This document shows, piece by piece, positions 30,241-42,318 of a stretch of 64,000 nucleotides of DNA. The notes below the pieces were generated by a model. It was not told where the DNA came from and searched no databases. It was given only the letters and a program-made list of their open reading frames with translations. The translations under genes and the position numbers were made by a program. Location: NCBI RefSeq assembly GCF_009914755.1, contig NC_060945.1; one strand, given 5' to 3'. Positions within the stretch are counted from its first letter, which is position 1. Each line of letters starts with the position of its first letter. This DNA comes from the human T2T-CHM13v2.0 reference genome, Homo sapiens.

Positions 30241-31699
30241 TCAGCTGTAGACATTGTAAATCTCTGCTTTGTGTAGGCTTCACAATTATGCTTACCTTTT
30301 GATAGAATATATACAGATTTTAGCCCCTGGGCCTGGGGAATAAGAAGGAAGTTTCTTTATTCTGAGTCTAGATATGCCAGGAAATCTTCCACTTGATGAC
30401 TAAATGTTTTCTCCATACGCTCTGTGATATATTTAGTATCATGAAAACTCTTTAAAAGAATGATTTGGGGTGACTGGACTAACATGCCTTAGAAATGAAT
30501 GCCACTCTTCAAATTCTCAAAAAATCTTTATTTTCTGATTACAAAAGCAATTCTTTTTCAGGAAAAACAAAGAAACATTATAGAAGAAATTGCTATAATA
30601 AAAAAAAAATGGAAATACATTTTAGCCAAAGTGGGAGTTAGGGATGTATTCAGGTTCAGGTATGCCTCTTCCAAGGAGCTTTTGGCATTTTAAAGAACAG
30701 TGATGTTGATAAAGTCATCTTGACCCAGCTAATGTCAAATGGTGGCATCAAAATTTGTGTCAAAATGTCTCACAAATCAAAAACCTGCATTAAACTATCC
30801 TGCCTCCTATGCATATGGCGTGCCATGACTGGTTCCACACAAGAGGGCCAGGTCTCTGCAATTCCTTGAGGCCATCCCTATATCCTCATCACTGAGCTCA
30901 GTACCCGGCACAGGGAGGTGATCAGGAAGTGCTTATTGAATGTGTGAAGAGGTGGCATGGGGTGGTGGAAATCCTACCAGCCTAGTCATCAGGTACCCTT
31001 CAGTCCCAAAGCTCAAAGCCTGCAAGTTGTAGTCTTGAGTAAGTCACCGAATGCCTCTGAGCCTTGGTCTGTTATCCATAATGGGGGTATAATGACACTC
31101 TTCTCGTTGTAACAAAAAAAAATTTAATCTACTCAAAAGGGATAACACAGCTCTAGGCACACTGTGTGTTTGTAACGATGATGTGCCGAAAATTGGGCAC
31201 ACTGAGTGTTTGTAATGATGATGACTACTCTAGGGAAGGAATGTAGGCTGAAGGAGTAAAGTCATTGTGCGCAGTTACACTGGGGCTGGTAGGGGTGATG
31301 ATGGCTGTTTTATTAGGGAATGGGGGCCCTTGGGCAAGGCTCTATCCAGTCACCTCTGCAAATATGCTCAGTCCATTGCAAAGAGAGACACTGTTAAATA
31401 AAATAAAAATATGTATTCTTTGAGTATCTGTTTAAAACTAGGAGGACATTCATATACCTTGTCTGCCAAAGGCCACTGGAGAAACCATATCTGAAGGATT
31501 GGTATGACAACAAGCTCTCAGATGCCAGTTTCACCCAACCCTTCAACCTGCAGTCCTGTGATCCTCCTGCAGGATCCTGGTCAAAGGCCCTTCTCATCCC
31601 CACAACATCTTATCTCTCTTGCATCATCTTCCCCCAGGTTCTCAGGAAACAACCTCACCTTTTATTTCACAAAGAAATCAGAAATAGCCTTATGGAGAT

Positions 31700-32640
31700 A
31701 AAATCCACATACCATATGATTCATCCATTGCAAGCATATAATTCAATAGTTTTAGATATTCACAGAATTGTGCAACTATCACTTCATTTTTAGAATATTT
31801 TCATCACCCTAAAAATGAACTCTTATAAACTAAGTATTTGCAGCCCTCCAAAATTCATATGTTGAAGCCCTAAACTCCAATGAGATGGTATTAGGAGATA
31901 GGGCCTTTGGGGGGTAATTAGGGTTAATGAGATCAGGGAGTGGGGCCTTCATGATGGGATTAGTGCCCTTATAAGAAGAGACACCAGAGAGTTTGCTCTC
32001 CCTCGTTCTCTCTCTCTGCATGGGGGACACAGTAAGAAGGCAACCATCCGCAAGCCAGGAAAAGAGCCCTCACCAGGAACCAAACTGGCTAGAACTTTGG
32101 CCTGGGCATTGGACTTCCAATCCTCCAGAGCTGTGAGAAATAAATTTATGTTGTTTAAGCCACCCAGTCTATGGTATTTTATTATAGAAGCCCAAGCAAC
32201 TAAGACAGACCCCATGAAAAACTTACTCCCCATTCACCCCTTAGCTTCCATTCCCAGCCCCAGGTAACCACTAATCTACTCTATGTCTCTATAGATTTTC
32301 CTATTCTGGACACTTCATATACATTAATTCAGACAATATGAAAACACTCTGCTGAGTAAAAGCAGACAGTTACAAAGGACTGACCACATATTGTCTGATT
32401 TCATATATGGATGTATGTTTTTATTTTTCTTGGGCATACATCTAGGAGTGGAATTGTTGTGTTATAACTGTATGTTTAGCCATATGCTAAATGTACCAGG
32501 CTAAATGCACCACTTTACATTCCCAACATCAGTGTATATGTGTTCCAATTTCTTCGCATCCCCACCAACACTTGTTACTGTCTGTATTTTGTGTTTTGCC
32601 ATGCTAGTTGGAGAGAGGTGTTAGGTTGTGGTTCTGTTCT
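31700..32640 (-). mobile_element. Old L1 (L1MB/ME-like) 3' fragment interrupted by MLT1A
   Basis: ccccaggtaaccactaatctactctatgtctctatagattttcctattctggacac; ctaggagtggaattg. Confidence 0.7.
31833..32206 (+). mobile_element. MLT1A0-like solo LTR
   Basis: ccaaaattcatatgttgaagccctaa...aataaatttatgttgtttaagccacccagtctatgg...actaagaca. Confidence 0.85.
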
Positions 32641-32913
32641 ACATGACTTGCCTTCTGGAACACACTTATCTCCTGATTTATAATTCTACTGTCTTACTGT
32701 CTACCAGGTCCTTCTGTTATCAAGCAAAGAGGATGCTTTGGTTAGAAACACTCTAGTCAGGTAAGAATGGCATGCAAAAAGCTGTACATATTTAATGTAT
32801 ACCATTTGGTGAGTCTGGAGATAAGTATGACCTGTAAACCATCACCACAATGTAAATGATAAACCTATACATCACCTCTAAAATTTTTCTTCTACTTGCT
32901 TTATTTATTATTA

Positions 32914-34300
32914 TAAGCGTACCTTGTTTTATTGCACTTCACTTTACTGCACTTTTCAGATATTGAGTTTTTTACAAATTAAAGATTTTTGGCAAACTTG
33001 CACCCAGCAAGTCTATTGACATCATTTTCCCAACAGCATGCACTTACGTCAGGTCTCTGTGCCGTATTTTAGCAAGCCTCAAAATACTTCAAACTTTTTC
33101 ATTATTTTTATATCTGTTATGATGATCTGTGGTCAGTGATCTTTGATGTTACTCCTGTAATTGTTTTGGGGAGTCACAAACCACATCTATACAAAACACG
33201 GTGAACTTAAGCCATAAATGGGGTGTGCATTCTGACTGCTCCCCTGACTGGCTGCCTGTCTCTCTTCCTCTCCTCAGGCTTTCCTATCCCCTGAGACACA
33301 ACAATATTGAAATTAGGCAAATTAATAAACACTTGCATTGCCCATCTGTAAAAATAACTCCTCATCTGATAACTCAAGTGGTTTCTTGAGAAGGGAGCTA
33401 CTCCTGGTTAGACGCTGTGAACATTGTTGAAATAACAACAAAGGAGTATTATATAAACTTAGTTGATAGAGCTGTGGCAGGGTTTAAGAGAGCTGACTCC
33501 AAATTTGCAAGAAGTTCTACTGTGGGTCCAACGCTAGCAAACAGTATTGCGTGCTACAGAGAAATCTTTCATGAAAGGAAGAGTCCATTGATGTGGCAAA
33601 CTTCACTGTTGTCCTATTGCCATAACAACCCCAGCCTTCAACAATCATTACCCTAACTGGTCAGCAGCCATCAGCATCAAAGGAGGACATTCCACCAGAA
33701 AAAAAAAAAATATGACCTGCTGTATTAGTCCATTTTCACACTGCTATAAAAATACTTCCTGAGACTGGGTAATTTATAAATAAAAGAGGTTTAATTGACT
33801 CAGTTTCACATGGCTGGGAGGCCTCAGGAAACTTAAGAATTACGGTAGAAGGGGAAGAAGCCACCTTCTTCACAAGGTGGCAGGAGAGAGAAGTGCAGGG
33901 GAAACTGACACTTATAAAACCATCAGATCTCAAGAGAACTAACTCACTATTATGAGAACAGCATGGAGAAGAACCACCCCCATGATTCAATCACCTCCCT
34001 TGACATATGGGGATTACAATCCGAGATGAGATTTGGGTGGGGACACAGAAATAAACCATATCATGTGCTGAAGGCTCAGATGATCACTAGCATTTTTTAG
34101 CAATAAAATACTTTTAGTTAAGGTTTCTACATTATTTTTTAGACATAATGATATTGCACACTTAAGAGGCTACAGTGTGGGATGAACATAACTTTTGTAT
34201 GCACTGGGAAACCAATACATGTGTATGACTTGCTTTACTACAATATTCGCTTTATTGTGGTGGTCTGAACTGAACCTACAATATTTTCATGATACACCTG
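32914..34300 (+). mobile_element. Internally deleted Tigger1 (TcMar) DNA transposon, inserted in an L1 3' end
   Basis: Ends taagcgtaccttgttttattgcacttc and caatattttcatgatacacctg with TA flanks; transposase C-terminal remnant in ORF 33417-33656 (YYINLVDRAVAGFKRADSKFARSSTVG). Confidence 0.85.
33721..34063 (-). mobile_element. MSTA solo LTR nested in Tigger1
   Basis: tgtattagtccattttcacactgctataaa...aaaccatatca. Confidence 0.9.
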
Positions 34301-35225
34301 TATTTTGTGATAAGAGCACTTAGCATGAGACTTTGAACAACGTGCATCTTTGATCCCTAGATCTCAACCCTCACACGCCCTCTAGGACTTCCTTTCCATT
34401 ACTCTTGATCCTTCTCATCTGTATCATCTACCATGGAAATATTCCTTTTCACTGGTCCTTCCTCCACAAACATATCCAATGTAGCAGAGATTCTGAGGCA
34501 AACGCTGGAAGAATTCTAGTCCTGCTTCTCTACTTTTGAGTTGCAGGCCTTGTGCTTTGTTTTTTTATTATCCATATTAATTATACCTACCTCATAACAC
34601 TGCTGTGGGGATGATACAAATCAATGCATCTAATGCCTGGCATATAATAAGTGCTGAGTGTTTGCTATTATGTCATTATCTTTCAAATTGCATTCATAAT
34701 TTGAATAAGTAATATGTGCAAATGGTACAGAAATTTAGATAAAATGTTCTGCAGTTGGATGTAAGTTTCTCTCCAATCACCTTTTCACAACTTTACCTGA
34801 GAGGTGAGCACTGTTACCCACTGCTTGAGGATTCCCCCAGAAATGGATATTCTATACTTACCTGAGAAGACCGTGGAAGTGAAAATTCCTACACATAGTA
34901 GCCTCCTAAGCACAGCACCCTTTCTCTTGATTTTTTTTTTCACTGAATATCTATTTTGGAGCTGTTTCAATGTTAGTGCCAAAGACTTATCTCATCCCTC
35001 TCAACACCTGCTACTAACTGAATGTGTCATAATGGATTTAAACATTTCCTAATATAAGTACTTAAAAATTTTTTTCTACTAGTTTTTTTTTTTAATCCTG
35101 CAAGGCCTTGTCCATACATAAATTTTACATGTGTGAATATACCTGTACATTAAAGACTAGAAGAGAAATTTCCAAGTCAAAGGACAGTTGCACTTTAATT
35201 TTATAATGGTTGTAAATATGATATT

Positions 35226-35678
35226 TGTCAGGCCTCTGAGCCCATGTCAAGCCATCGCATCCCCTGTGACTTGCACGTATACGCCCAGATGGCCTGAAGT
35301 AACTGAAGAATCACAAAAGAAGTGAATATGCCCTGCCCCACCTTAACTGATGACATTCCACCACAACAGAAGTGTAAATGGCCGGTCCTTGACTTAACTG
35401 ATGACATTACCTTGTGAAAGTCCTTTTCCTGGCTCATCCTGGCTCAAAAAGCACCCCCACCGAGCACCTTGCGACCCCCACTCCTGCCCGCCAGAGAACA
35501 AACCCCCTTTGACTGTAATTTTCCTTTACCTACCCAAATCCTATAAAACGGCGCCACCCTTATCTCCCTTCGCTGACTCTCTTTTCGGACTCAGCCCGCC
35601 TGCACCCAGGTGAAATACACAGCCATGTTGCTCACACAAAGCCTGTTTGGTGGTCTCTTCACACGCACGGGCATGAAA
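35226..35678 (+). promoter_or_regulatory. 5' LTR7 (promoter/enhancer)
   Basis: tgtcaggcctctgag...catgaaa; TATAAAA 35542-35548; duplicated cttaactgatgacatt blocks. Confidence 0.95.
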
Positions 35679-35680
35679 TT

Positions 35681-35698
35681 TGGTGCCGTGACTCAGAT
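35681..35698 (+). other. Primer-binding site, tRNA-His
   Basis: tggtgccgtgactcagat, one mismatch to TGGTGCCGTGACTCGGAT, 2 nt after the LTR. Confidence 0.93.
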
Positions 35699-35821
35699 TG
35701 GGGGACCTCCCTTGGGAGATCAACCCCCTGTACTCCTGTTCTTTGCTCCCTGAGAAAGATCTACCTATGACCTCAGGTCCTCAGACCAACCAGCCCAAGG
35801 AACATCTCACCAATTTTAAAT

Positions 35822-35830
35822 CAGGTAAGT
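35822..35830 (+). promoter_or_regulatory. HERV-H major splice donor
   Basis: CAG|GTAAGT, a perfect U1 complement, ~145 nt after the LTR. Confidence 0.8.
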
Positions 35831-36273
35831 GGCCTCTTCTTACTCTCTTCTCCAACCTCTCTCACTGTCCCTCAACCACTTTCTCCTTTCCACTCTTCAA
35901 TCTCTCCCTTCTCTTAATTTCAATTCCTTTCATTTTCTGGGAGAGACAAAGGAGACATGTTTTATCTGTGGACCCAAAACTCCGGCACCGGTCACGCACT
36001 GGGAAGGCAGCCTTCCCTTGGTGTTTATTCATTGCAGGGATGCCTCTCTGATTATACACCCACATTTCAAGGGTGTCAGACCACGCAGGGACGCCTGCCT
36101 TGGTCCTTCACCTTTAGCGGCAAGTCCTGCTTTTCTGGGGAAGGGACAAGTACCCCAACCCCTTCTCTCCTTGTCTCTACCCCTTCTCTGCTTTTCTGGG
36201 AGAGGGGCAGTACCCCTCAACCCCTTCTCCTTCACCCTTAGTGGCAAGTCCCGCTTTTCTATGGGGCAAGAAT

Positions 36274-36575
36274 CCCCAGTCCCTTATTTCCATGCCCCAA
36301 CCTCTTATCTCTGTGCCCCAATCCCTTATTTCCATGCCCCAACCTCTTATCTCTGTGCCCCAATCCCTTATTTCTGCACCCTGACCTCTTATGTCTGTGC
36401 CCCAATCCCTTATTTCCACACCCCAACCTCTTATCTCTGTGTCCCAATCCCTTATTTCCGCACCCCAACCTCTCTCTGTGCCCCAATCCCTTATTTCCAT
36501 GGCCCAACCTCGTATCTCTGCACCCCAATCCCTTATTTCCACTCCCCGACCTCTTATCTCTGCACTCCAACCCCT
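36274..36575 (+). repeat. 42-bp tandem repeat (~7 units of two 21-bp subunits) in the HERV-H leader
   Basis: Unit ccccaatcccttatttccatgccccaacctcttatctctgtg; translates as repeated PIPYFHAPTSYLCA. Confidence 0.93.
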
Positions 36576-36662
36576 TTCCCACTTTTCTGGAAGGTAAGAA
36601 CCCCCGAACCCCTTCCCTCCATTTCTCTATTCTCTCTTTTCTCTAGACTTGCTTCCTTCACT

Positions 36663-37930
36663 ATGGGCAAACTTCCACCCTCCATTCCTCCTTCTACTCC
36701 CTTAGCCTGTGTTCTCAAAAACTTAAAACCTCTTCAACTCACACCTGACCTAAAACGTAAATGCCTTATTTTCTTCTGCAATGCCACTTGACCCCAGTAC
36801 AAACTCGACAGTAGTTCCAAGTAGCCAGAAAATGGCACTTTGAATTTTTCCATCCTGCAAAATCTAAATAATTCTTGTCGTAAAATAGGCAAACGGTCTG
36901 AGATGCCTGATGTCCAGGCATTCTTTTACACATCAGTCCCTTCCTAGTCTCTGTGCCCAGTGCAACTTGTCCCAAATCTTCCTTCTTTCCCTCCTGCCTG
37001 TCCCCTCAGTACCAACCCCAAGCGTCACTGAGTCTTTCTAATCTTCCTTTTCTACAGACCCATCTGACCTCTCCCTTCCTCCCCAGGCTGCTCCTCTCCA
37101 GGCGGAGCTAGGTCCCAATTCTTCCACAGCCTCTGCTCCTCCACCCTATAATCTTTTTATCAACTCCCCTCTTCACACCTGGTCCGGCTTACAGTTTCGT
37201 TCCATGACTAGCCCTCCCCCTCCTGCCCAGCAATTTACTCTTAAAAAGGTGGCTGGAGCTAAAGGCATAGTCAAGGTTAATGCTCCCTTTTCTTTATCCC
37301 AAATCAGATAGTGTTTAGGCTCTTTTTCATCAAATATAAAAATCCAGCCCCGTTCATGGCTCGTTCGGCAGCAACCCTGAGATGCTTTACAGCCCTAGAC
37401 CCTAAAAGGTCAAAAGGGCGTCTTATTCTCAATATACATTTTATTACCCAATCTGCTCCCGACATTAAATAAAACTCCAGAAATTGGAATCTGGCCCTCA
37501 AACCCCACAACAGGACTTAATTAACCTCACCTTCAAGGTGTACAATAACAGAAAACAGTTGCAATTCCTTGCCTCCACTGTGAGACAAACCCCAGCCACA
37601 TCTCCAGCACACAAGAACTTCCAAATGCCTGAACCGCAGCGGCCAGGTATTCCTCCAGAACCTCCTCCCCCAGGAGCTTGCTACACATGCCAGAAATCTG
37701 GCCACTGGGCCAAGGAATGCCCGCAGCCTGGGATTCCTCCTAAGCCACGTCCCATCTGTGTGGGACCCCACTGAAAATCGGACTGTTCAACTCACCTGAC
37801 AGCCACTCCCAGAACCCCTGGAACTCTGGCCCAAGGCTGACTGACTCCTTCCCAGATCTTCTCGGCTTAGCGGCTGAAGATGACACTGCCCAATCACCTT
37901 GGAAGCCCCCTAGACCATCACGGACGCCGA
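36663..37930 (+). pseudogene. gag: HERV-H gag remnant
   Basis: MGKLPPSIPPSTPLACVLKNLKPL from ATG 36663, stop at 36789-36791; zinc knuckle CYTCQKSGHWAKEC at 37679-37720. Confidence 0.85.
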
Positions 37931-40130
37931 GCTTCAGGTAACTCTCACGGTGGAAGGTAAGCCCGTCCCCTTCTTAATCAATACGGAGGCTACCCACTCC
38001 ACATTATCTTCTTTTCAAGGACCTGTTTCCCTTGCCTCCATAACTGTTGTGGGTATTGATGGCCAGGCTTCTAAACCTCCTAAAACTCCCCAACTCTGGT
38101 GCCAACTTAGACAATACTCTTTTAAGCACTCCTTTTTCATTATCCCCACCTGCCCAGTTCCCTTATTAGGCTGAGACACTTTAACTAAATTATCTGCTTC
38201 CCTGACTATTCCTGGACTACAGCTGTATCTCATTGCCACCCTTCTTCCCAATTCAAAGCCTCCTTTGCGTCCTCCTCTTGTATCCCCCCACCTTAACCCA
38301 CAAGTATAAGATACCTCTACTCCCTCCTTGGCTACCAATCATGCACCCCTTACCATCTCATTAAAACCTAATCACCCTTACCCCACTCAATGCCAATATC
38401 CCATCCCACAGCACGCTTTAAAAAGATTAAACCTGTTATCACTCGCCTGCTACAGCATGGCCTTTTAAAGCCTATAAACTCTCCTTACAATTCCCCCATT
38501 TTACCTGTCCTAAAACCAGACAAGCCTTACAAGTTAGTTCAGGATCTGTGCCTTATCAACCAAATTGTTTTGCCTATCCCCCCTGTGGTGCCCAACCCAT
38601 ATACTCTCCTATCCTCAATACCTTCCTCCACCACTCACTATTCCGTGCTTGATCTTAAAGATGCTTTTTTCACTATTCCCCTGCACCCCTCGTCCCAGCC
38701 TCTCTTTTCTTTCACTTGGACTGACCCTGACACCTATTAGGCTCAGCAAATTACCTAGGCTGTACTGCCACAAGGCTTCATAGACAGCCCCCATTACTTC
38801 AGTCAAGCCCAAATTTCATCCTCATCTGTTACCTATCTCGGCATAATTCTCATAAAAACATACGTGCTTTCCCTGCTGATCGTGTCCTATTAATCTCCCA
38901 AACCTCAATCTCTTACAAAACAACAACTCCTTTCCTTCCTAGGCATAGTTAGTGCAGTCAGAATTCTTACACAAGAGCCAGGACCGCACCCTGTAGCCTT
39001 TCTGTGCAAACAACTTGACCTTACTGTTTTAGCCTACCCCTCGTGTCTGCGTGCAGCGGCTGCCGCTGCTTTAATACTTTTAGAGGCCCTCAAAATCACA
39101 AACTATGCTCAACTCACTCTCTACAGTTCTCATAACTTCCAAAATCTATTTTCTTCCTCATACCTGACGCATATACTTTCTGCTTCCCGGCTCCTTCAGC
39201 TATACTCACTCTTTGTTGAGTCTCCCACAATTACCATTGTTCCTGGCGTGGACTTCAATCTGGCCTCTCACATTATTCCTGATACCACACCTGACCCCCA
39301 TGACTGTATCTCTCTGATCCACCTGATATTCACCCCGTTTCCCCATATTTCCTTCTTTCCTGTTCCTCACCCTGATCACGCTTGATTTATTGATGGCAGT
39401 TCCACCAGGCCTAATTGCCACACACCAGCAAAGGCAGGCTATGCTATAGTACAAGCCACTAGCCCGCCTCTCAGAACCTCTCATTTCCTTTCCATCGTGG
39501 AAATCTATCCTCAAGGAAATAACTTCTCAGTGTTCCATCTGCTATTCTACTACTCCTCAGGGATTATTCAGGCCCCCTCCCTTCCCTACACATCAAGCTC
39601 CAGGATTTGCCCCCACCCAGGACTGGCAAATTAGCTTTGCTCAACATGTCCCGAGTCAGGAAACTAAAATACCTCTTAGTCTAAATAGATACTTTCACTG
39701 AATAAGTAAAGGCCTTTCCTACAGGGTCTGAGAAGGCCACCACAGGCATTTCTTCCCTCCTGTCAGACATAATTCCTCAGTTTAGCCTTCCCACCTCTAT
39801 ACAGTCTGAAAACAGACCAGCCTTTATTAGTCAAATCAGCCAAGCAGTTTTTCAGGCTCTTAGTATTCAGTGAAACCTTTATATCCCTTAAGGTCCTCCA
39901 TCTTCAAGAAAAGTAGAACGGACTAAAGGTCTTTTAAAAACACACCTCACCAAGCTCAGCCACCAACTTAAAAAGGACTGGACAATACTTTTACCACTTT
40001 TGCGTCTCAGAATTTAGGCCTGTCCTTGGAATGCTACAGAATACAGCCCATTTAAGCTCCTGTATAGACGTTCCTTTTTATTAGGCCCCAGTCTCATTCG
40101 ACACCAGACCAACTTAGACTGTGCCCCAAG
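37930..40130 (+). pseudogene. pol: HERV-H pro/pol remnant, inactive
   Basis: Protease FLINTEAT (catalytic D replaced by N); RT SPYNSPILPV...VLDLKDAFFTIPL; no YxDD seen; RNase H and integrase fragments with stops. Confidence 0.85.
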
Positions 40131-40704
40131 AAAACTTGTCATCCCTACTATCTTTTGTCTATCATACTCCTATTCACCGTTCTCAACTACTCATACATGC
40201 CCTGCTCTTGTTTACACTGCCGGTTTACACTGTTTCTCCAAGCCATCACAGCTGATATCTCCTGGTGCTATCCCCAAACTGCCACTCTAAACTCTTGAAG
40301 TAAATAAATAATCTTTGCTGGCAGGACTATGCTGAATCTCTTTAGGCACTCTCTAATCAGATGTCCTAGGTCCTCCCAATTCTTAGACCTTTTATACCTG
40401 TTTTTCTCCTTCTCTTATTCCATTTAGTTTTTCAATTCATACAAGACCGTATCCAGGCCATCACCAATCATTCTATACGACATATGTTTCTCCTAACAAC
40501 CCCACAATATCACCCCTTACCACAAGACCTCCCTTCAGCTTAATCTCTCCCACTCTAGGTTCCCACACCACCCCTAATCCTGCTTGAAGCAGTCCTTAGA
40601 AACATTGCCCATTCTCTCTCCATACCACCCCCAAAAATTTTCGCCACCCCAACACTTCAACACTATTTTGTTTTATTTTTCTTATTAATATAAGAAGACA
40701 GGAA

Positions 40705-41156
40705 TGTCAGGCCTCTGAGTCCAAGCCAAGCCATCGCATCCCCTGTGACTTGCACGTATATGCCCAGTTGGCCTGAAGTAACTGAAGAATCACAAAAGAA
40801 GTGAATATGCCCTGCCCCACCTTAACTGATGACATTCCACCACAAAAGAAGTGTAAATGGCCGGTCCTTGCCTTAACTGATGACATTACCTTGTGAAAGT
40901 CCTTTTCCTGGCTCATCCTGGCTCAAAAAGCACCCCCACCGAGCACCTTGCGACCCCCACTCCTGCCCGCCAGAGAACAAACCCCCTTTGACTGTAATTT
41001 TCCTTTACCTACCCAAATCCTATAAAACGGCGCCACCCTTATCTCCCTTCGCTGACTCTCTTTTCGGACTCAGCCCGCCTGCACCCAGTGAAATACACAG
41101 CCATGTTGCTCACACAAAGCCTGTTTGGTGGTCTCTTCACACGGACGCGCATGAAA
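40705..41156 (+). promoter_or_regulatory. 3' LTR7, preceded by PPT aagaagacaggaa (40692-40704)
   Basis: ~98% identical to the 5' LTR by manual comparison. Confidence 0.95.
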
Positions 41157-41628
41157 ATATTAACATATTGTAGATAAATAATATTATTGATATAGTCTTG
41201 AACATTATAACCATATAACCATAAATACAAGCATATGTAATTTAAGTATAATTAAAATTTATAATAAATATTAGTAAATGTATCCTTAAAAATATACCAA
41301 TTGGCCATTTCCATGTTTTAATTTTCATTGTTATCATTCCTTTCTAATTTAGACTTAAGGTCTTTCTGTCTAGAGGGGCCATGAGCCAAGATAGCCACTC
41401 TTCAGGAAAGCCCTGCCAGTTGGGCTGGGGGTTAGGTTTGGCTATGTCAGTCAGGTGAGACACAGAGGGAAGGTGAAACCCAAATGCATGCAACAGAAGA
41501 AATTTATTACTTACAGGTCCCAGAGAGGTTAAGAAGCCTGAGATGGAGGAATGGGGTGGTCCAAGGGCAACAGGAAGTTCAACCAGCAAGTGTAGAGGGG
41601 CAGGGGCACTGGTGGGACTATGTCTTTA

Positions 41629-42318
41629 TTTATTTTTTTATTTTTATTATACTTTAAGTTTTAGGGTACATGTGCACAACGTGCAGGTTAGTTACATATG
41701 TATACATGTGCCATGTTGGTGTGCTGCACCCATTAACTCGTCATTTAACATTAGGTATATCTCCTAATGCTATCCCTCCCCCCTCCCCCCACCCCACAAC
41801 AGGCCCCCGTGTGTGATGTTCCCCTTCCTGTGTCCATGTGTTCTCATTGTTCAATTCCCACCTATGAGAGAGAACGTGCGGTGTTTGGTTTTTTTGTCCT
41901 TGCGATAGTTTGCTGAGAATGATGGTTTCCAGCTTCATCCATGTCCCTACAAAGGACATGAACTCATCCTTTTTTATGGCTGCATAGTATTCCATGGGGT
42001 ATATGTGCCACATTTTCTTAACCCAGTCTATCATTGTTGGACATTTGGCTTGGTTCCAAGTCTCTGCTATTGTGAATAGTGGCACAATAAACATATGTGT
42101 GCATGTGTCTTCACAGCAGCATGATTTATAATCCTTTGGGTGTATACCCAGTAATGGGATTGCTGGGTCAAATGGTATTTCTAGTTCTAGATCCCTGAGG
42201 AATTGCCACACTGACTTCCACAATGGTTGAACTAGTTTACAGTCCCACCAACAGTGTAAAACTGTTCCTCTTTCTCCACATCCTCTCCAGCACCTGTTTT
42301 TTCCTGACTTTTTGATGA
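41629..42318 (-). mobile_element. 5'-truncated young L1PA (PA3/4-like), ~690 bp
   Basis: L1 3'UTR plus end of ORF2; TSD gggactatgtcttta 41614-41628 / gggactatgttttta 42319-42333. Confidence 0.95.

Larger units (their letters stand above)
35226..41156 (+). mobile_element. HERV-H provirus, common ~5.9-kb form with deleted pol/env, two LTR7-type LTRs
   Basis: Exact 5-bp TSD atatt (35221-35225, 41157-41161); His PBS; gag CCHC; pro; partial pol; PPT; paired LTRs. Confidence 0.97.

Noticed and set aside
34854-34863. (a)tacttacctg as the 5' end of a U1 snRNA pseudogene
   Set aside because: Similarity does not extend into GCAGGGGAGA; a short chance match
36177-36582. Minus-strand repetitive ORFs (EIRDWG..., GNKGLG...) and a CRISPR-like reading of the array
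   Set aside because: They are other frames of the 42-bp tandem repeat; there are no unique spacers or cas genes, and the context is eukaryotic
35226-41156. Identifying this locus as ESRG, LINC-ROR or another named HERV-H lncRNA
   Set aside because: The peptide similarity is shared by the HERV-H family and I cannot map the flanks without a search
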